64,000 nt of DNA from Octopus vulgaris (GCA_951406725.2 OX597837.1:3658001-3722000), one strand, 5' to 3'; shown: positions 14,459 through 28,631, numbered from the stretch's first letter. Notes: generated by a model not told the origin, from the sequence alone. Numbers and translations are program-made.

Positions 14459-14483
14459 CTATACATATATGCACATATACACA

Positions 14484-14562
<79 letters not shown>

Positions 14563-14658
14563 CTTGTTTTATTTATATTCCTGAGCGCCATACTAATACA
14601 ATTGTTTGTTTGTACTCCACCTGCCTTCGTCTTTTGTTTATTTTCATAAAGCTTCCCG

Positions 14659-14705
<47 letters not shown>

Positions 14706-15215
14706 TTTATATAATATAATATTATATATATATAAAATAAGAAAAAAACTTTTATCAATTCAAAATGAACAATTGAATTACACCATCTAGAAAATTACAT
14801 ATAATAGAAATATTAACATTAAAATAACAATAAAATGTCAAAGATTAAGTAAATTGCAAAAAAAAAAGCATTCTAGAAGCTTTGAGATCTTTTGAAAAGA
14901 GACATTTATTTATTACAAAGAAGTACACAAATCAAATCTCGTTCAAAATAGGATCATCTGGTTTGGATACACTTGTTGTAGCGTTCCAGTCACTTCGTTA
15001 AGATCTCCATGGAAGTCTTCCAGTGTGAAGGTATTCTGGACCATTGTCACAAATTCCTTCATCTTTTGCTTCAGCTTGGAGAATAACAAAGAGTGAAAAG
15101 ATAGTATTCTGGACGGTAGAGACGACGAAGCTTCTGGACTGTAGAGACGACTGAAGCTTGTACCAAGGTGTTGAAATTGTTAAAAAACAAATATATGTAT
15201 ATATATACATATATT

Positions 15216-15278
<63 letters not shown>

Positions 15279-15282
15279 TTAT

Positions 15283-15525
15283 AAATATATAAAATTTAAA
15301 GGACTGACCACTACGCTTTGGTTTGTGCTGAGTTTTTTCTTGAGAACACATTCTTGGTGGAAAATACCGATTTTGACGTCTATATCTAGCATGTTGACCG
15401 TCCACTTTTAGTGGTCAGTCCTTTAAATTTTGTATGTAAAATATATTTTAATCTTCGGATTTTTTTAATATGCTAGGCCACTGGTTTTAATTAATTAATA
15501 TCAATTTCTACCCTTATTCAATTAT
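15283..15525 (+). mobile_element. Truncated relative of the 41-kb hammerhead-repeat family with an inverted end
   Basis: 'tttgacgtctatatctagcatgttgac.gtccactttt..aatcttcggatt..aatatgctag.ccactggtt' is shared with 41380-41500; 15286-15312 is inverted versus 15409-15435; TA-flanked. Confidence 0.7.
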
Positions 15526-15819
15526 ACATATATATATATGTATGTATGTATTTATGCATGTATGTATGTATTTATGTATGTATGTATGCATTTATGTATG
15601 TATTTAGGAAGGTTCTTTGTTATGGACGGTCTAGGATTAACCATTTTTTTTGCCCCTACAAGGCAATTAGCTGTGTAGGTAACTCATCAGACTTAAATGG
15701 TCGGAAGCACATAACCACTCTACAAACAACCTGCTTAATATCCTACTGTTCTAATCTTTTGAGAGTGTTCTTTTTCGGATAAATGAGCTACTAACCGATA
15801 TATATATATATATATGAAA

Positions 15820-16364
15820 TCGTTGACCGACTCATTATTCTTGTGAAAATGCTCTGTACATTTGCGCTCAAAATCTATTTCTGAACTCCCTCAAGAACTG
15901 CACAACGTATACATTGTTGAGTATCTGGCTATAAGGGACACACTAAATGATAGATGATATCGTTCCTGTTGATCAATGGAGCGATCACGAGCTTCCCGGT
16001 GTAGTTGCTTTGCTTGGCCCTTTTGTGCTTCCGGAAAACAGATGCTCGACTCAAACAAGTTAATTCATGAGCAATCTGTAGCATTTCGTTAGTTTCTCTA
16101 GCGTTTTGGCCCAGTTTAACACATGCAATTTATTTCATAACGAGATTCCTAATTGTCTTCACGTCCCGACTGCATTCTGCAAACTAGACAGCCTAGGTAA
16201 GCGGCGTTTCGTAGGGTGTATTCAAAATGCTGTGAGAGCCCTCTTCTTCAATCTGAAATAACAAAAATTGGTAGATCTACTTACTAGATAACTAGTAATG
16301 ATATATTAAAATAGTTATAACTGCCTCTGCTATAAAAAGCCTTAAAACTTTTGGAATACATCCG
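15820..16364 (-). mobile_element. Degraded mariner-like 5' fragment
   Basis: Minus end TA|CGGATGTATTCCAAAAGTTTTAAGG resembles a mariner TIR; the downstream sequence is decayed. Confidence 0.45.
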
Positions 16365-16367
16365 TAT

Positions 16368-16477
<110 letters not shown>

Positions 16478-17040
16478 GAAATATAAAACCTTGACTCTTT
16501 CTTGCTTGCTTGCAATGTTGCCCAGCCAAACTGGTGCATTATGGAATAATAATTTAGTTACGCCTGAAACATAAATACGAACAGAATAAAACAAGTTTCG
16601 CGTAAATAGGACAAGTAGTTGTTGAGATATTAGTGGATTTCGGGGTATATATACCCAAAACGGTGCATAATGGGAAAATATTCTGAAAATAACTTAACCC
16701 TGAAAAGGAAGAAACTCTTAACTTTCGATTAGATACAGTGACTTGGCAAAGAAATAATAAGATTTGTCTTTTTTTACAGTAAATGCTTCTATTTTCACTT
16801 TTGTTAAACAAAATATTATAATGATATACATACACACATACATATAAATGTACATACATACATACAAACGTACATACATACATACATACATACATACATT
16901 CATACATACAAGCAAAAATACCCTGTTGTTGATGTTCAAATTCCAACGAAGGAACCTTGGAACTAGGTTAGAAACCGGTTCTTTCCCTATTGACAAAAAA
17001 TCTTGAAATAAACTGAAAACTGACATAAATACATACATAC

Positions 17041-17623
17041 ATAACAAAATAATAAATAAAACATTTGCATATATACATACATATATGTACATACCTACAT
17101 CAATATGTATATATACATGCATATATGGGTACAGGACACCAAAAAGAACGTCGAACACAATGAGAAACGAAAACATAAAAACAATTGTGTTACTGTTATT
17201 TTCCTTGTCCTGTCTTTTACTGTTTTTATTTGTATTTTTACTGTCTTGTTTTACTTTTACTGTCCTGTTCTTGTTACTACTTTTACCCCACCGCAAAAAA
17301 TCCTAAATTAAAAAATTTTTTCTTTGCGGGAAGGATTATTTTAACGAAGTCGTGTCTCACCCTTACTTTCGAAAGACGGAATAGACGATGCAGGGGCGGC
17401 TGAAGAAGGGGAATTTTCCTTGTGTTGTATGTCTTGTACTCTGTTTTTTCGTTGTTTAAAAAATGTCCATTTCAATGGTTTTGTTTTTATGTTTTCGTTT
17501 CTCATTGTGTTCAACTTTTTTTTTGTGTCCTGTACCGATATATGCATGTATATAAACATTTAGATGTAGGTACGTACATATATGTATGTATATATGCATA
17601 TGTTTTATTTATTATTTTGTTAT
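17041..17623. repeat. Inverted repeat, ~143-bp arms with ~300-bp spacer
   Basis: 17041-17184 is the reverse complement of 17481-17623; a piece of the arm recurs at ~32300-32365. Confidence 0.8.
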
Positions 17624-18241
17624 TATATGATCGAACGCCACGCATCCACTTCCAAGTAAGTTTTATCGACATACATACATACATATATGCATACATACAT
17701 GTATTCATGCATATTGACTGCCAATGCTTGTTATAGCAGTGCCAACTTTTCACTGAACTTTGCAGCCCATATTTCGCCCTGCAGGAACGTCCACAGATGT
17801 GACTCGTATTTCTATTTTCAGTACAAACGTATTGCGTTACGTGTGGTGCGGTGGAACCCTTTCACAAGAGTTCACAGATCGATTACTCCGCGCCTCGAGT
17901 GACTTTAAATGGCTTACAAATTCAGGTCCTCAAAGCAGAAATCCTCCACACCCACACATTGCACTTCAATTCCTGCTGGGTTTCTGCAGTCACTGCATTT
18001 GGGTTCCACTTAAGGATTGAACGCTTCAAAGCAACATGCTCGATTCTTTTCTCATCAGAGACGTCACATCAGTACTTTTTGACCTCTCCTCACTCCCCCT
18101 CTTTCTCTTGCTCTCCATATTGTACAGCTTTTAATCAATGTCTTACGGATATACATATCAGTCTCTGGAGCTTTAAGGTTGCCTTTCATGACAACCTTAA
18201 GCCGCTTCCTAAGTTTATACATGTATAATACGCACATACAG

Positions 18242-18305
<64 letters not shown>

Positions 18306-18325
18306 GCATATATATACACACACTC

Positions 18326-18368
<43 letters not shown>

Positions 18369-18389
18369 AGTATACATATATATATATAT

Positions 18390-18440
<51 letters not shown>

Positions 18441-18688
18441 CTTATATATATACATATATATACTTATATATACATATATATATACTTATATATATACATG
18501 TATATATACACTTATATATATATATACATACATACACACACACACACACAAAAAAATATATATATGCATGTATGTAGACATATGTAATATATATATTTAT
18601 ATATCTTAAGTATCGTATATATCATACAATATATATGTATGCATATTTATATAATATATATATGTATATATATGTATATATATATATG

Positions 18689-18720
<32 letters not shown>

Positions 18721-19143
18721 TGTATAGGTACACATACGTTATGTTAGAGATTTGTGAAAAACCAAACTTCTATGGTAAACTGACGAAAAATCTGCAGTTA
18801 TTCCATTCGGACATAGCCTTAGAATTTTGTTTAAAACTTTTGGAGTACTTGATTACATGACTAACCGCTGGGTTTCACAAAATCAGAAAGAATACCGCTT
18901 AATCCGATTAGAGCGACAGGCGAGATGGAGCTGTCAAAATATGTAAGACATTGAAGAACTTTAGCGAGTAGTTGGTGCATATACTTTGTATACAGACCCA
19001 GACATGCAGTTCATATTTTGCCTTCAATCTGCGTATGTGGATGTTAATGAATATGTATATGAATGTCAGCTTAATGCCCAGATGTGTGCATACATAAATA
19101 TATAAATGTATCACATGCATGCACATACGCACACATATATAAA

Positions 19144-19179
<36 letters not shown>

Positions 19180-19345
19180 GTGTGTGTGTGGGTGTGTGTG
19201 TGCTTGCGTTTGTGTTTTGTATGTGTGTGTGTGTGTGGGCATATATACATGGCATATATACAAAACTCCAATGAAAGATAGTTGTCTTTAGCATAATAAT
19301 AATTCTTTTTCTCTATTGGGTGAATAACTCCAAAACTATGTATGC

Positions 19346-19394
<49 letters not shown>

Positions 19395-19399
<5 letters not shown>

Positions 19400-19983
19400 G
19401 TTTAAATATTTGTTGTGCAAGATTTTTTATGTGAAGTCGTGTGTTGAAACAGATATTGTTATATTTCGGAATGGTCATTTTGCCAGTTTAGCCAATAAAA
19501 ACACACGCACTATATATTTGGTGTTATTTTGCTTCAGTGTTATTTATGTTTTACATTAATCTTAATCTTATTTCGGCCAGAGTTCTTTCGTCACACTCCT
19601 GTGACCGCATCAGTGGTCCTTTGTTTTCTTCTCACTTATTTGTGTCTTTCCTTACTAACCGTCAGCCATTTTGTATTTCTATTGTATCAATAGAAATACA
19701 ATAGAAATACAAAATGGCTGACGGTTTGTAAGGAGAGACACACATAAGAAAGAAGAAAACAAAGGACCACTGATGCGGTCACAGGAGTGTGACGAAAGAA
19801 CTCTGGCCGAAATAAGATTAAGATTAATGTAAAACATAAATAACACTGAAGCAAAATAACACCAAATATATAGTGCGTGTGTTTTTATTGGCTAAACTGG
19901 CAAAATGACCATTCCGAAATATAACAATATCTGTTTCAACACACGACTTCACATAAAAAATCTTGCACAACAAATATTTAAAC

Positions 19984-19988
<5 letters not shown>
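19395..19988. repeat. ~594-bp near-perfect palindrome flanked by (TA)n
   Basis: The arms are reverse complements (agtacgtttaaatatttgttgtgc.. / ..gcacaacaaatatttaaacgtact), with a few mismatches near the centre. Confidence 0.95.
19764..19808 (+). ncRNA. Hammerhead-like motif with CUGAUGC core (mirror copy at 19575-19619, minus strand)
   Basis: CCA-CTGATGC-g-GTCAC-aggagt-GTGAC-GAAAG-aa-CTC-TGG. Confidence 0.45.
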
Positions 19989-20034
<46 letters not shown>

Positions 20035-20294
20035 GTACATACATACATCATACATAGTGTGTATGTATGTTTGTATATATGTATATATGTATTCCAGGGC
20101 ATGATATGTCAAAAGAAACTATGTTAGGCCACACTTAGAATACTAGAAAAGTTTGAGAATAGATAAAATATTTAATCCATAATCGTTGGGCACAGTCACT
20201 AACCTCTTCTTTTATCGTTATCCCTTAGGACCAACTACTACGGAGTATATACATGCGTGTGTGTGCGTGTATGTGCGCGTGTGACACAGGCTTA

Positions 20295-20452
20295 AACTTC
20301 CGAGTTCTTTTATAAGGCTTAGAAAAGCTGAACGAACGTTGCAACGAGTATGTGAATCTGAAACGGGGAATCTGTTGAATAAAATCATAATTAATCTATC
20401 CTCCTGTATTTTCTTTTACCCAAGGCCAGAAACTCTTCAGCATCTCCTCGTA
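20295..20452 (+). mobile_element. Mariner-like 3' end with TIR
   Basis: Remnant 'F..GLEKLNERCNEYVNL' followed by '..ccagaaactcttcagcatctcctcg|ta'. Confidence 0.5.
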
Positions 20453-20869
20453 TAACTTAGTCTTTATAGTGAAGTCTATTTCCACGAAAGGCAAACCTTT
20501 TAAAGAGCAATTTATTCAACATTGTTGACTTTATAGATGTAACTGGAGGATGCATTATGTCATAGTATCAATACCAGAGAGGTTGTCATGTTCTTGGCGG
20601 GGTCAAAGGGGCCTGTAGAATCTGCATTGCCTCTACTCATTTCTCTGACTAATTTTCATGCAATCTTTCTGGTTGTACGAACATAACGAAAATAAATAAA
20701 CCCGTAATTTGAAATTTACCTCTGCTATATACAATTGATATACGTACTGATTTTTATTAAAAATTTTGTAGAAACCATGGATGGCATGGATCTAAAACAA
20801 TGTGGTTGTTCAGGTGGAATACAAACTGAGCTGTCCATGCAAGGCTGAATCACTTAATCAGCCAGTCAA

Positions 20870-21172
20870 CAGGAATTTCCCAGCAAGTCTCGTCCTCGGA
20901 ACTTTCCAGAAAGTCCTCGGAATTTTCCATGAATTCTCATCCTCGGAAACTTCCAGGAAGTTTCTCGTTCACGGACCTTTCCAGGAAGACATCGGAGATT
21001 TCCAGGAAGTCTAATCCTCAGAACTTTCCTGGAAGTCATCGGAATTTTCCAGGAAGTCTCTCACCCTCGGAACTTCCCAGGAACTCCGCGAAATTTTCCA
21101 GGAATCCTCATCCTCGGAACTTTCCAGGAAGACATCGGAACTTTCCAGGAAGTCTCTCATCCTCGGAACTTA
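20870..21172. repeat. Degenerate minisatellite of CTCATCCTCGGAACTTTCCAGGAAGT-type units
   Basis: The motif 'tcggaactttccaggaag' recurs more than 10 times with alternating spacers. Confidence 0.85.
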
Positions 21173-21416
21173 TTCAGGTAACCAATTATTACTATGTGAT
21201 TCAACAACTGACACTTACGTCTACCCAAATGAATCATTCATTATTTCAGGTAAAAGACCAGATTAATTGGTGTCATCTGCCTTACGAAGAATAGTTTTAT
21301 TTCATGCTTCCGGTGCAACGCTTCTTTCGCGGATTCCCATGACTCTACGTCGCTATCTGATTCCTCTGTTATGAATTTAAATCGGAAACTTGAGTCATAG
21401 TGAATCTTTCATAAGC

Positions 21417-21541
21417 TGGACACCACCTCAATGGACACCACCTCTGTGGACACCACCACTATGGACACCACCTCTATGGGCACCACCTCTATGGACACTA
21501 CGTCTATGGACAACACCACCCATGGACACCACCTCTATGGA
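21417..21541. repeat. 15-bp tandem repeat (GGACACCACCTCTAT), ~8 copies
   Basis: Direct reading. Confidence 0.9.
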
Positions 21542-22053
21542 TTCGTTGTAGTTACTCTCTTGAAAGAGTTTGGTCATCCTAACCGTTGATCTTCTAGGAC
21601 ACTTTCTCTCAGCACCAATGTAAGAAGCACCCTTGGCTCAATTGAACTCCTCTGCTACCACTTCTTGATCTGCCAGGCTGCAGTTCCATGGCTTCGCAGT
21701 ATCCCTGGCAGGATGGCAGAACGGGTACTATGCTTTGCCGAAAGGCAACCCGTTACTATGTTAGGTATTTTAAAAATACCCGCATACGAAATAACTTGTA
21801 TGAGTAAACCTAATTCTAGAAAAAAAGATTGCTATTCCAGTGGTTTTTGCTAGAACTGGTGCGAATTTGCTCAAATGTGGCAAAATTTTTCATTCTTCAT
21901 TGCCGCACAATTTTGCGAAACTCCGGAGTTGCTGGGAAAAATTAAAAGTTTACTCTAAAAAGCCTTGACCTTTCAGTTGACTGTTAATTTTTTTATATAT
22001 ATAACTTGACAAAAACAAACATTTATGTAAATGTAAGTAGATACATGTATTAA

Positions 22054-22187
<134 letters not shown>

Positions 22188-22301
22188 CCTACCTACCTAC
22201 CTACCTACCTACCTACCTACCTATTTACCTACTTACCTACCTATCTATCTATCTATCAATCTCTCTATCTACCCCTCTCTCTATCTATCTATCTACCTAT
22301 A

Positions 22302-22332
<31 letters not shown>

Positions 22333-22344
22333 TTATCTATCTAT

Positions 22345-22726
22345 CATATAACAATATTGACCAAGGTTACTGTGGTCTTTTTCGTAGGCTTTTCTTCCCA
22401 CGGATAAACCTTACTTGTTTTCCCCTTTACACCATACATCATGACACTGTGATACACGATCCCTATTGATCGTTTTTTTTCCTCTTCCCCTTTTTCCCTC
22501 TTTTTTATTCTTTTTTTCATTTTTCTTTTCTTTTGTTCCTTTTCCATTTTTTCTTTTTTTCCCTTTTTTTTCTTTTTTTCATTTTTTTTGTTCTTTTTTC
22601 CCTTTTACCATCCCTTTTGATCGAAAACCTACGCCACCTGTTTTTTTAAATTTTTTCTCCCCCAAAAGAAAAGCTCTACCTTGTAACTTGTCCTATCTGT
22701 GTGCAGCCCTGTGTGGCCAATAAATA

Positions 22727-22730
<4 letters not shown>
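22345..22730 (+). mobile_element. Tx1/L1-like LINE 3' UTR, 5'-truncated, in (TATC)n
   Basis: Matches 23250-23631 and 38818-39161; ends AATAAATAAACT; microsatellite on both sides. Confidence 0.7.
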
Positions 22731-22801
<71 letters not shown>

Positions 22802-22880
22802 CTACCTACCTACCTACCTACCTACCTACCTACCTACCTACCTACCTACCTACCTACCTATCTATCTATCTATCTATCTA

Positions 22881-23630
22881 ATGTCGAACAATTGCTGTCA
22901 CGTGTGGGTCGAGTCGGTTTATCAGCTGAGTTTATCGTCAATATTGTCACGCCTCCTTCCTTCAAACGGGAAGGAAGAGCTATTTTCACCATCCTTCTGG
23001 CTATGGCGAAAGAATGTATCTGGTGGACGCGTCTTAAAGGATTGGAGACAAACACTTTCCTCTCTGGTCAACCTCTCATCAACTTCTTCAAGTACCACTT
23101 GAAAAGGAAAGTGAGAGTAGAGAGACAAGTTTTGTCTAGCGAACGTTTCAAAAAAAGATGGGTGAATGTAGCAAGGATGGCACGTATGAATGACGAAGCC
23201 ACCTTGAGCATAATCCTATGAACCCAGAAATTGAAAACAGATGTGGTAACATATAACAATATTGACCAAGGTTACCGTGGTCTTTTTCGTAGGCTTTTCT
23301 TCCCACGGATAAACCTTACTTGCTTTCCCCTTTACACCATACATCATGACACTGTGATACACGATCCCTATTGATCGTTTTTTCCTCTCCCCCTTTTTCC
23401 CTCTTTTTTCTTCCTTTTTCCTTTTTCTTTTCTTTTGTTCCTTTTCCCTTTTTTCTTTTTTTTCTTTTCCTCTTGGTTCCTTTTTCTTGTACTTTTTTCC
23501 CTTTTACCATCCCTTTTGATCGAAAACCCACGCCACCTTTTTTTTTTCTTTTTTTTCATCCCTCAAAAGAAAAGCTCTACCTTGTAACTTGTCCCATCTG
23601 TGTGCAGCCCTGTATGGCCAATAAATAAAC

Positions 23631-23631
<1 letters not shown>
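22881..23631 (+). mobile_element. Tx1/L1-like LINE 3' end (ORF2 C-terminus plus 3' UTR) in (TATC)n
   Basis: ORF to 23221 '..LLAMAKECIWWTR..ERQVLSSERFKKRW..' resembles a Tx1-clade ORF2 C-terminus (AK..IW..R / F...W), followed by a T-rich UTR and AATAAA. Confidence 0.7.
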
Positions 23632-23697
<66 letters not shown>

Positions 23698-23746
23698 CCT
23701 ATCTATCTACCTACCTACCTACCTACCTACCTACCTACCTACCTAC

Positions 23747-23813
<67 letters not shown>

Positions 23814-24107
23814 ATGTAATCCAAAACAGGGTAAATTCCAACCGAACTGAGATAATATCTCGAATATATGAACACATAGGAACGTTAAGAAGAAATAGAA
23901 TATTCTAAGAAAAGCCAGTTTAGCATTTAAGCTTATGGTAATGTCAGTAGATAACGAAAGAGTAAAAAATAAACACAGACGGGAATTCCATTACATTGTT
24001 TAGCTATCTAGCTATGTACATATGTATGTATGTATGTGTGTATGTATGTATGTATGTATGTAGGTAGGTATGTATGTATGTATGTTGTATGTTTGTATGT
24101 ATGTATG

Positions 24108-24161
<54 letters not shown>

Positions 24162-24199
24162 TATATGTATATATATATATATATGCATATGCATATATC

Positions 24200-24620
24200 C
24201 ACATCGTTTCAAGTTCAATCCCATTGCACAGCACCTTTGAAAAGTAAGTGCCTTCTATTATAGACCACAACCACCCAATACTTTGTGACTGAATTAGGTA
24301 GAGGAAAATGAAGGAAGCTCGACGTATATACATTGTGTGTATGTGCTAGTGTCTGTGTTTGTGTGTGTGTGTGTGCGTATGCGTATGCCTATGTGTGTGC
24401 TCGTGTGTCTTTGGGTTTTTTTTCATGTGTCTCTCCACCGCCAGACAACCGGTATTGATTTCTTTACATCTTGTAACTTAGCAGTTCGGCAAAATTGACC
24501 GATAGAATAAGTGTCACACTTACAAAGAAAACTAATTACATAGATGGCCCATTTACTCAACTAAAACCGTTTAAGTTGGTGCCTCGGGGTGACTACAGCT
24601 CAGTGAGTGACACAATGTAA
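24200..24620 (+). mobile_element. Old, degraded SINE family A
   Basis: Remnants such as 'gtaacttagcagttcggcaaaattgaccgatagaataagt'. Confidence 0.6.
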
Positions 24621-25605
24621 CCCTTAGTCTACCAGGGAAAGTGTATATCACCAACTACAAACTGGGTCCAATGGACCCAATATTTTTCTTTTAATTAAAT
24701 CTTATTCAAACTACCACTATTTCTTAGCTACATTATAAATGTTATCAGGGGGAAAAAATTGTTGTTCTTCACAAATTTTAATTTAAAAAATACAGCTTAT
24801 AGAATATATTATGAATTATAAAACTTTCAAAAATAGAATCACAGCTTTTCATGGAGGTGAATGCAGGTAACATTGGAGGGTACTTGGCAAACATGGATAT
24901 TACAATTCTTACATGTAGTGCAAGTTTTCCTTTCTTTTTTTGGGCCACACAAAGAACATTTTCCTTTTTCTTTGGTTGAGGAATCTAAAATGAGGTTGAA
25001 GATCGCCTTCTTTTCTTGTTTGGTTGAGAAATGTTAGCAGAACTAGAACATTATTTTGTTTATCAGTAACTCCAGCAAGTTCCTTTCCTAACTGAATTAG
25101 GTACCGTCTCCTTTTATACTTGAAACTGTGCATGTGAAGCTGTTAAGCAACAATGAAAGCATTCACTGCACTTATATCAATCAATTTGTCGAATATAACC
25201 TTAGGCCATCTTCGAGTTATTCTTTTGTAAGTGTATCTACTCCTCCTTTTCGTTTTGTTGTAACATGTTATAACTTCAGGTTTCTTTTCAGCACTTATTG
25301 AATCAATTGAAGGCTGAGAGTGCATTGTACTCATAAGTGTGACCATATAATTTTTCTAGGGACAGTAAGATAGAATCATAGAATCATTTTGAAATCCAAA
25401 TATTGTGCTCTTGATTTCTCTTTCTTTTCCTTTTGTGAAAGCACTTGGAAGTTCAATTCTGTTCTTTCTGATTGTTCCACCTTAAGTAGTTTTCTTGCTA
25501 AGCAGCTCTCGAGTCAATCATAGACTTGTAAAAATTTATCACAAGTTAAAATTGCAACCTGTATTTTCAAGTTCTTTTACTAGGTCTTCAACATCTCTTG
25601 AACCT

Positions 25606-25643
<38 letters not shown>

Positions 25644-27021
25644 GTGGTTCTTTTCCAGTGTAGATTTCCAAATTTTAATTCCGTATTTCCCTGATTTTGA
25701 AGGAATATTTACCCGGAATGGGTGGTGCCCTCTGAATGAAACTAAATGTTTATCAACTGTCATGCATGGACTTGGAACATATCCAAATTCTGATTCCACA
25801 TTTCGAATACTTCTCATATGGGCCCCAATTTATCATTACTTCTCTTTTTTCTTCTGGCACTAGCATCATCAAAAACGCAATACTTGTAAAAACTGTTGAA
25901 ATCTTCCACAGCAAATTTTGTTGAATATTGGGCGGCTATCTTGACTCCAAAACTGTGTGACATTTTCATGTTTAGATTTATAAACACCTCTAAGAATAAT
26001 CAGTTCAATAAATTTCTTTAGTTCAGAGTGATCAATTCCCTTTCATTTATCTTTGTAAACAATCTGATCTTCAACATTTATCCATTTACAAATTACTTCA
26101 AGAAGATTCTAGTACATAAAGATAGTAAAACCAGTTTCAATACTATCGCAAGACCTTTTGGTCAACATTCTTGGCACACGTTATTGCAAGATGAAATTCT
26201 TACTGCTGCTTGAGTAAGAAGATTAGAATGCCAAACTTCTTGCCTGTCTCTAGAAACATATTGCTCTTTCATAACTGTGTGGCTTGCAGATAATTGTTTT
26301 TTAGTATCTTCATCATCTGATGACACAGAATCTAAACTGTCCTGCACATAATCACTTTCACTATCATCTTCAGAGGAATAGAAGGAATCACTACTGTCTT
26401 CTTCCCATTCTTCATATAATTCCAATAACCTTTTCGATATTTGGTTTCACTCAAGGTTTCGCGTCTAAGAATATATGAAAGCACAACTGCACTATATGAA
26501 ACTTGATAGCAGACCAAAGGCAGATATTGCTCTCTCACATATTTATACTCTCCTGAAAGATGATGCAATATATTGTAAGAATTGCGTCATCATATAGAAA
26601 TATTGTATCACCCTGTAACCTAGCAGATTGAAGGTGATGCAATACCACACAAATTTACAGGAATATTTTCATAATTTTTCCTATCTTGTCTAAAATTCAG
26701 CAAATAAATTGAGCACAAGTTTATCTATTTTATATCTGATAAATATCTAGGAAAATAATATTTGATACTACTTAAAATTCTGTTTAAAATGACAAAAGTA
26801 TTGTCTGAATTTAATTCGAAGGTCGAATGGACCCATACGGTAATTAATGTATAAAGTGAAATTTTCTAGCTTTTATAAACATATGAAAAGTTTCCCATTT
26901 GACTAATAAAAGAGGTTCAAGAAAAAATAAGAGTTACGAGAAATCAGCAGTATTAAATAATATAAACAATAGGAAAAAGCAACTGAGAAAACTGAAATGG
27001 GTCCTATTGGTAAACAGCAGG
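24621..27021 (-). mobile_element. Decayed piggyBac transposon (PGBD4-like transposase pseudogene)
   Basis: Minus-strand fragments show an acidic N-terminus (EEDSSDS..SDYVQD) and 'VTLMSTMH..KKPEVITCYNKTK..TRRWPKVIF..LIDISAVNAFI'. Ends are (G)TAA|CCC.. and ..AGG|TTAA, with subterminal TGGGTC..GACCCA motifs. Many stops and frameshifts. Confidence 0.85.
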
Positions 27022-27762
27022 TTAAAGGGGGAAATATATAACTTGCTAATTGATCTACTAAACAGTTGAATATCATTTTCTTTCCCAGGTGTTTTATGTT
27101 ACGAGTGTGTCATTATCAAAATTATACTTAACGAGCATTAACGAAACGACGCACTTGAATTGAACAACAATTGAAATAATGTTTAATAGCTTTTAATTTT
27201 GATTTATTTTAGATAAAAATTAAAAATATAAAACATGACATTAAACTTTGTATTTTGAGAATGGCCTTTTACCAAGAATAATTTTTCCTAAAGAGTGAAT
27301 ATACGATGTATGTGATTCAAGTGGCATTTTGAAACTATATTAAGGTATCTAAATTTTTAATTAGCTGTCATCCTTTATATTGACACTCAAGCTACAACTC
27401 CTCACGTTTTAAATTTCTTCTTGAAAATGTTTTGTGTATGAAATCCGTTTCTGTGAATTATAAAATCGCGAAAAGAATTCAAAAGTTGTTGAGACCTCTT
27501 GTAAAAATAGAAAGATGACAGAAACTATTCTAATTATACGAAACCAGCTGTGAAAATGATCTACAAAAGTTGTAATATTTATGAATAAGAGGAAAATCAA
27601 CACCTATTTTAGTGCCAAACTAAAAGATTAACAGCGGGACTCGCAGCAAACTAGCGAAGGTACACAAATATCTAAATGCGACAGAGGTAGCTACAGAAGA
27701 AGACTGAAAAAAGTTAAAACTCTACTCCCTAAAATGAAGGCGAGGAGTATACATTGCCATAT

Positions 27763-28067
27763 CACGTGATCACGTGACCGACCAGTCCATCAGATGTAAT
27801 TACACATCGCTGGTCACAATGCATTCGCACTGTTTTAGCCTTCGAATGACGCCACCCTGCTGGCTAAGCGAGCAGGCCAACAGAAGAAAGAGTGAGAGAA
27901 AGAGTGGTGAAAGAGTACAGCAGGGATCACCACCCCCTGCCGGAGCCTCGTGGGGCTTTTAGGTGTTTTCGCTCAATAAACACTCACAACGCCCGGTCTG
28001 GGAATCGAAACCGCGATCCTACGACCGCGAGTCCGCTGCCCTAACCACTGGGCCATTGCGTCTCCAC
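27763..28067 (-). mobile_element. tRNA-derived SINE family B (CACGTGAT tail) with TSD
   Basis: TSD ACATTGCCATAT at 27751-27762 and 28068-28079; near-identical to 39956-40258. Confidence 0.9.
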
Positions 28068-28496
28068 ACATTGCCATATACAACAGGAAAATCTTGGAAG
28101 GACTTTTACCAAACTTTGACATCGAAAATTACACAAACCCGAGAAAAGGCCTCCATCGCATAATAGCAAATATCCCAACATCGCCATTAACGTACAGGAA
28201 CAGATATTGCAGCAGCTTGAGTTTCAAGGGTTTACGGTTCGTCAGTATCTTCCTCCAATGTGTGAGAGATTTATATGTGGTGGATGTGTCTTCAAAAAAA
28301 AAAAAGACAAAACTGGTTCACCGCCTCTCAAGAGGTTCGTTGGCAGGAAGGGCAAATGACGGAAACAACGACAAACTTCCCCATAAACCAAAATGCTATA
28401 TCTCTGTAGAGGTTTCAAGTAATGTAAATGTTTAAAAACTAACAGCAGCGTCCCACCATAGCTGTACCTCTCGAGGTGAAGCAAGTAAAAGGGTGC

Positions 28497-28533
<37 letters not shown>

Positions 28534-28582
28534 TACATATATATATGTATGTATGTATGTCTGTATATATATTTATATACAC

Positions 28583-28631
<49 letters not shown>

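Noticed and set aside
15630-15697. Minus-strand CTGATGA plus CCTACA/TGTAGG stem
   Set aside because: GAAA is replaced by an A-run and stems I and III are missing.
16940-16985. AACCT/AGGTT-a-GAAACCGGTT motif
   Set aside because: The CUGANGA box is absent (CCAACGA) and there is no stem I.
24850-26430. Possible domesticated piggyBac gene
   Set aside because: Multiple stops and frameshifts plus an inserted (TC)n show a dead copy.
27990-28067. tRNA-like sequence at SINE heads
   Set aside because: It continues into the SINE body with a TSD, so it is not a tRNA gene.
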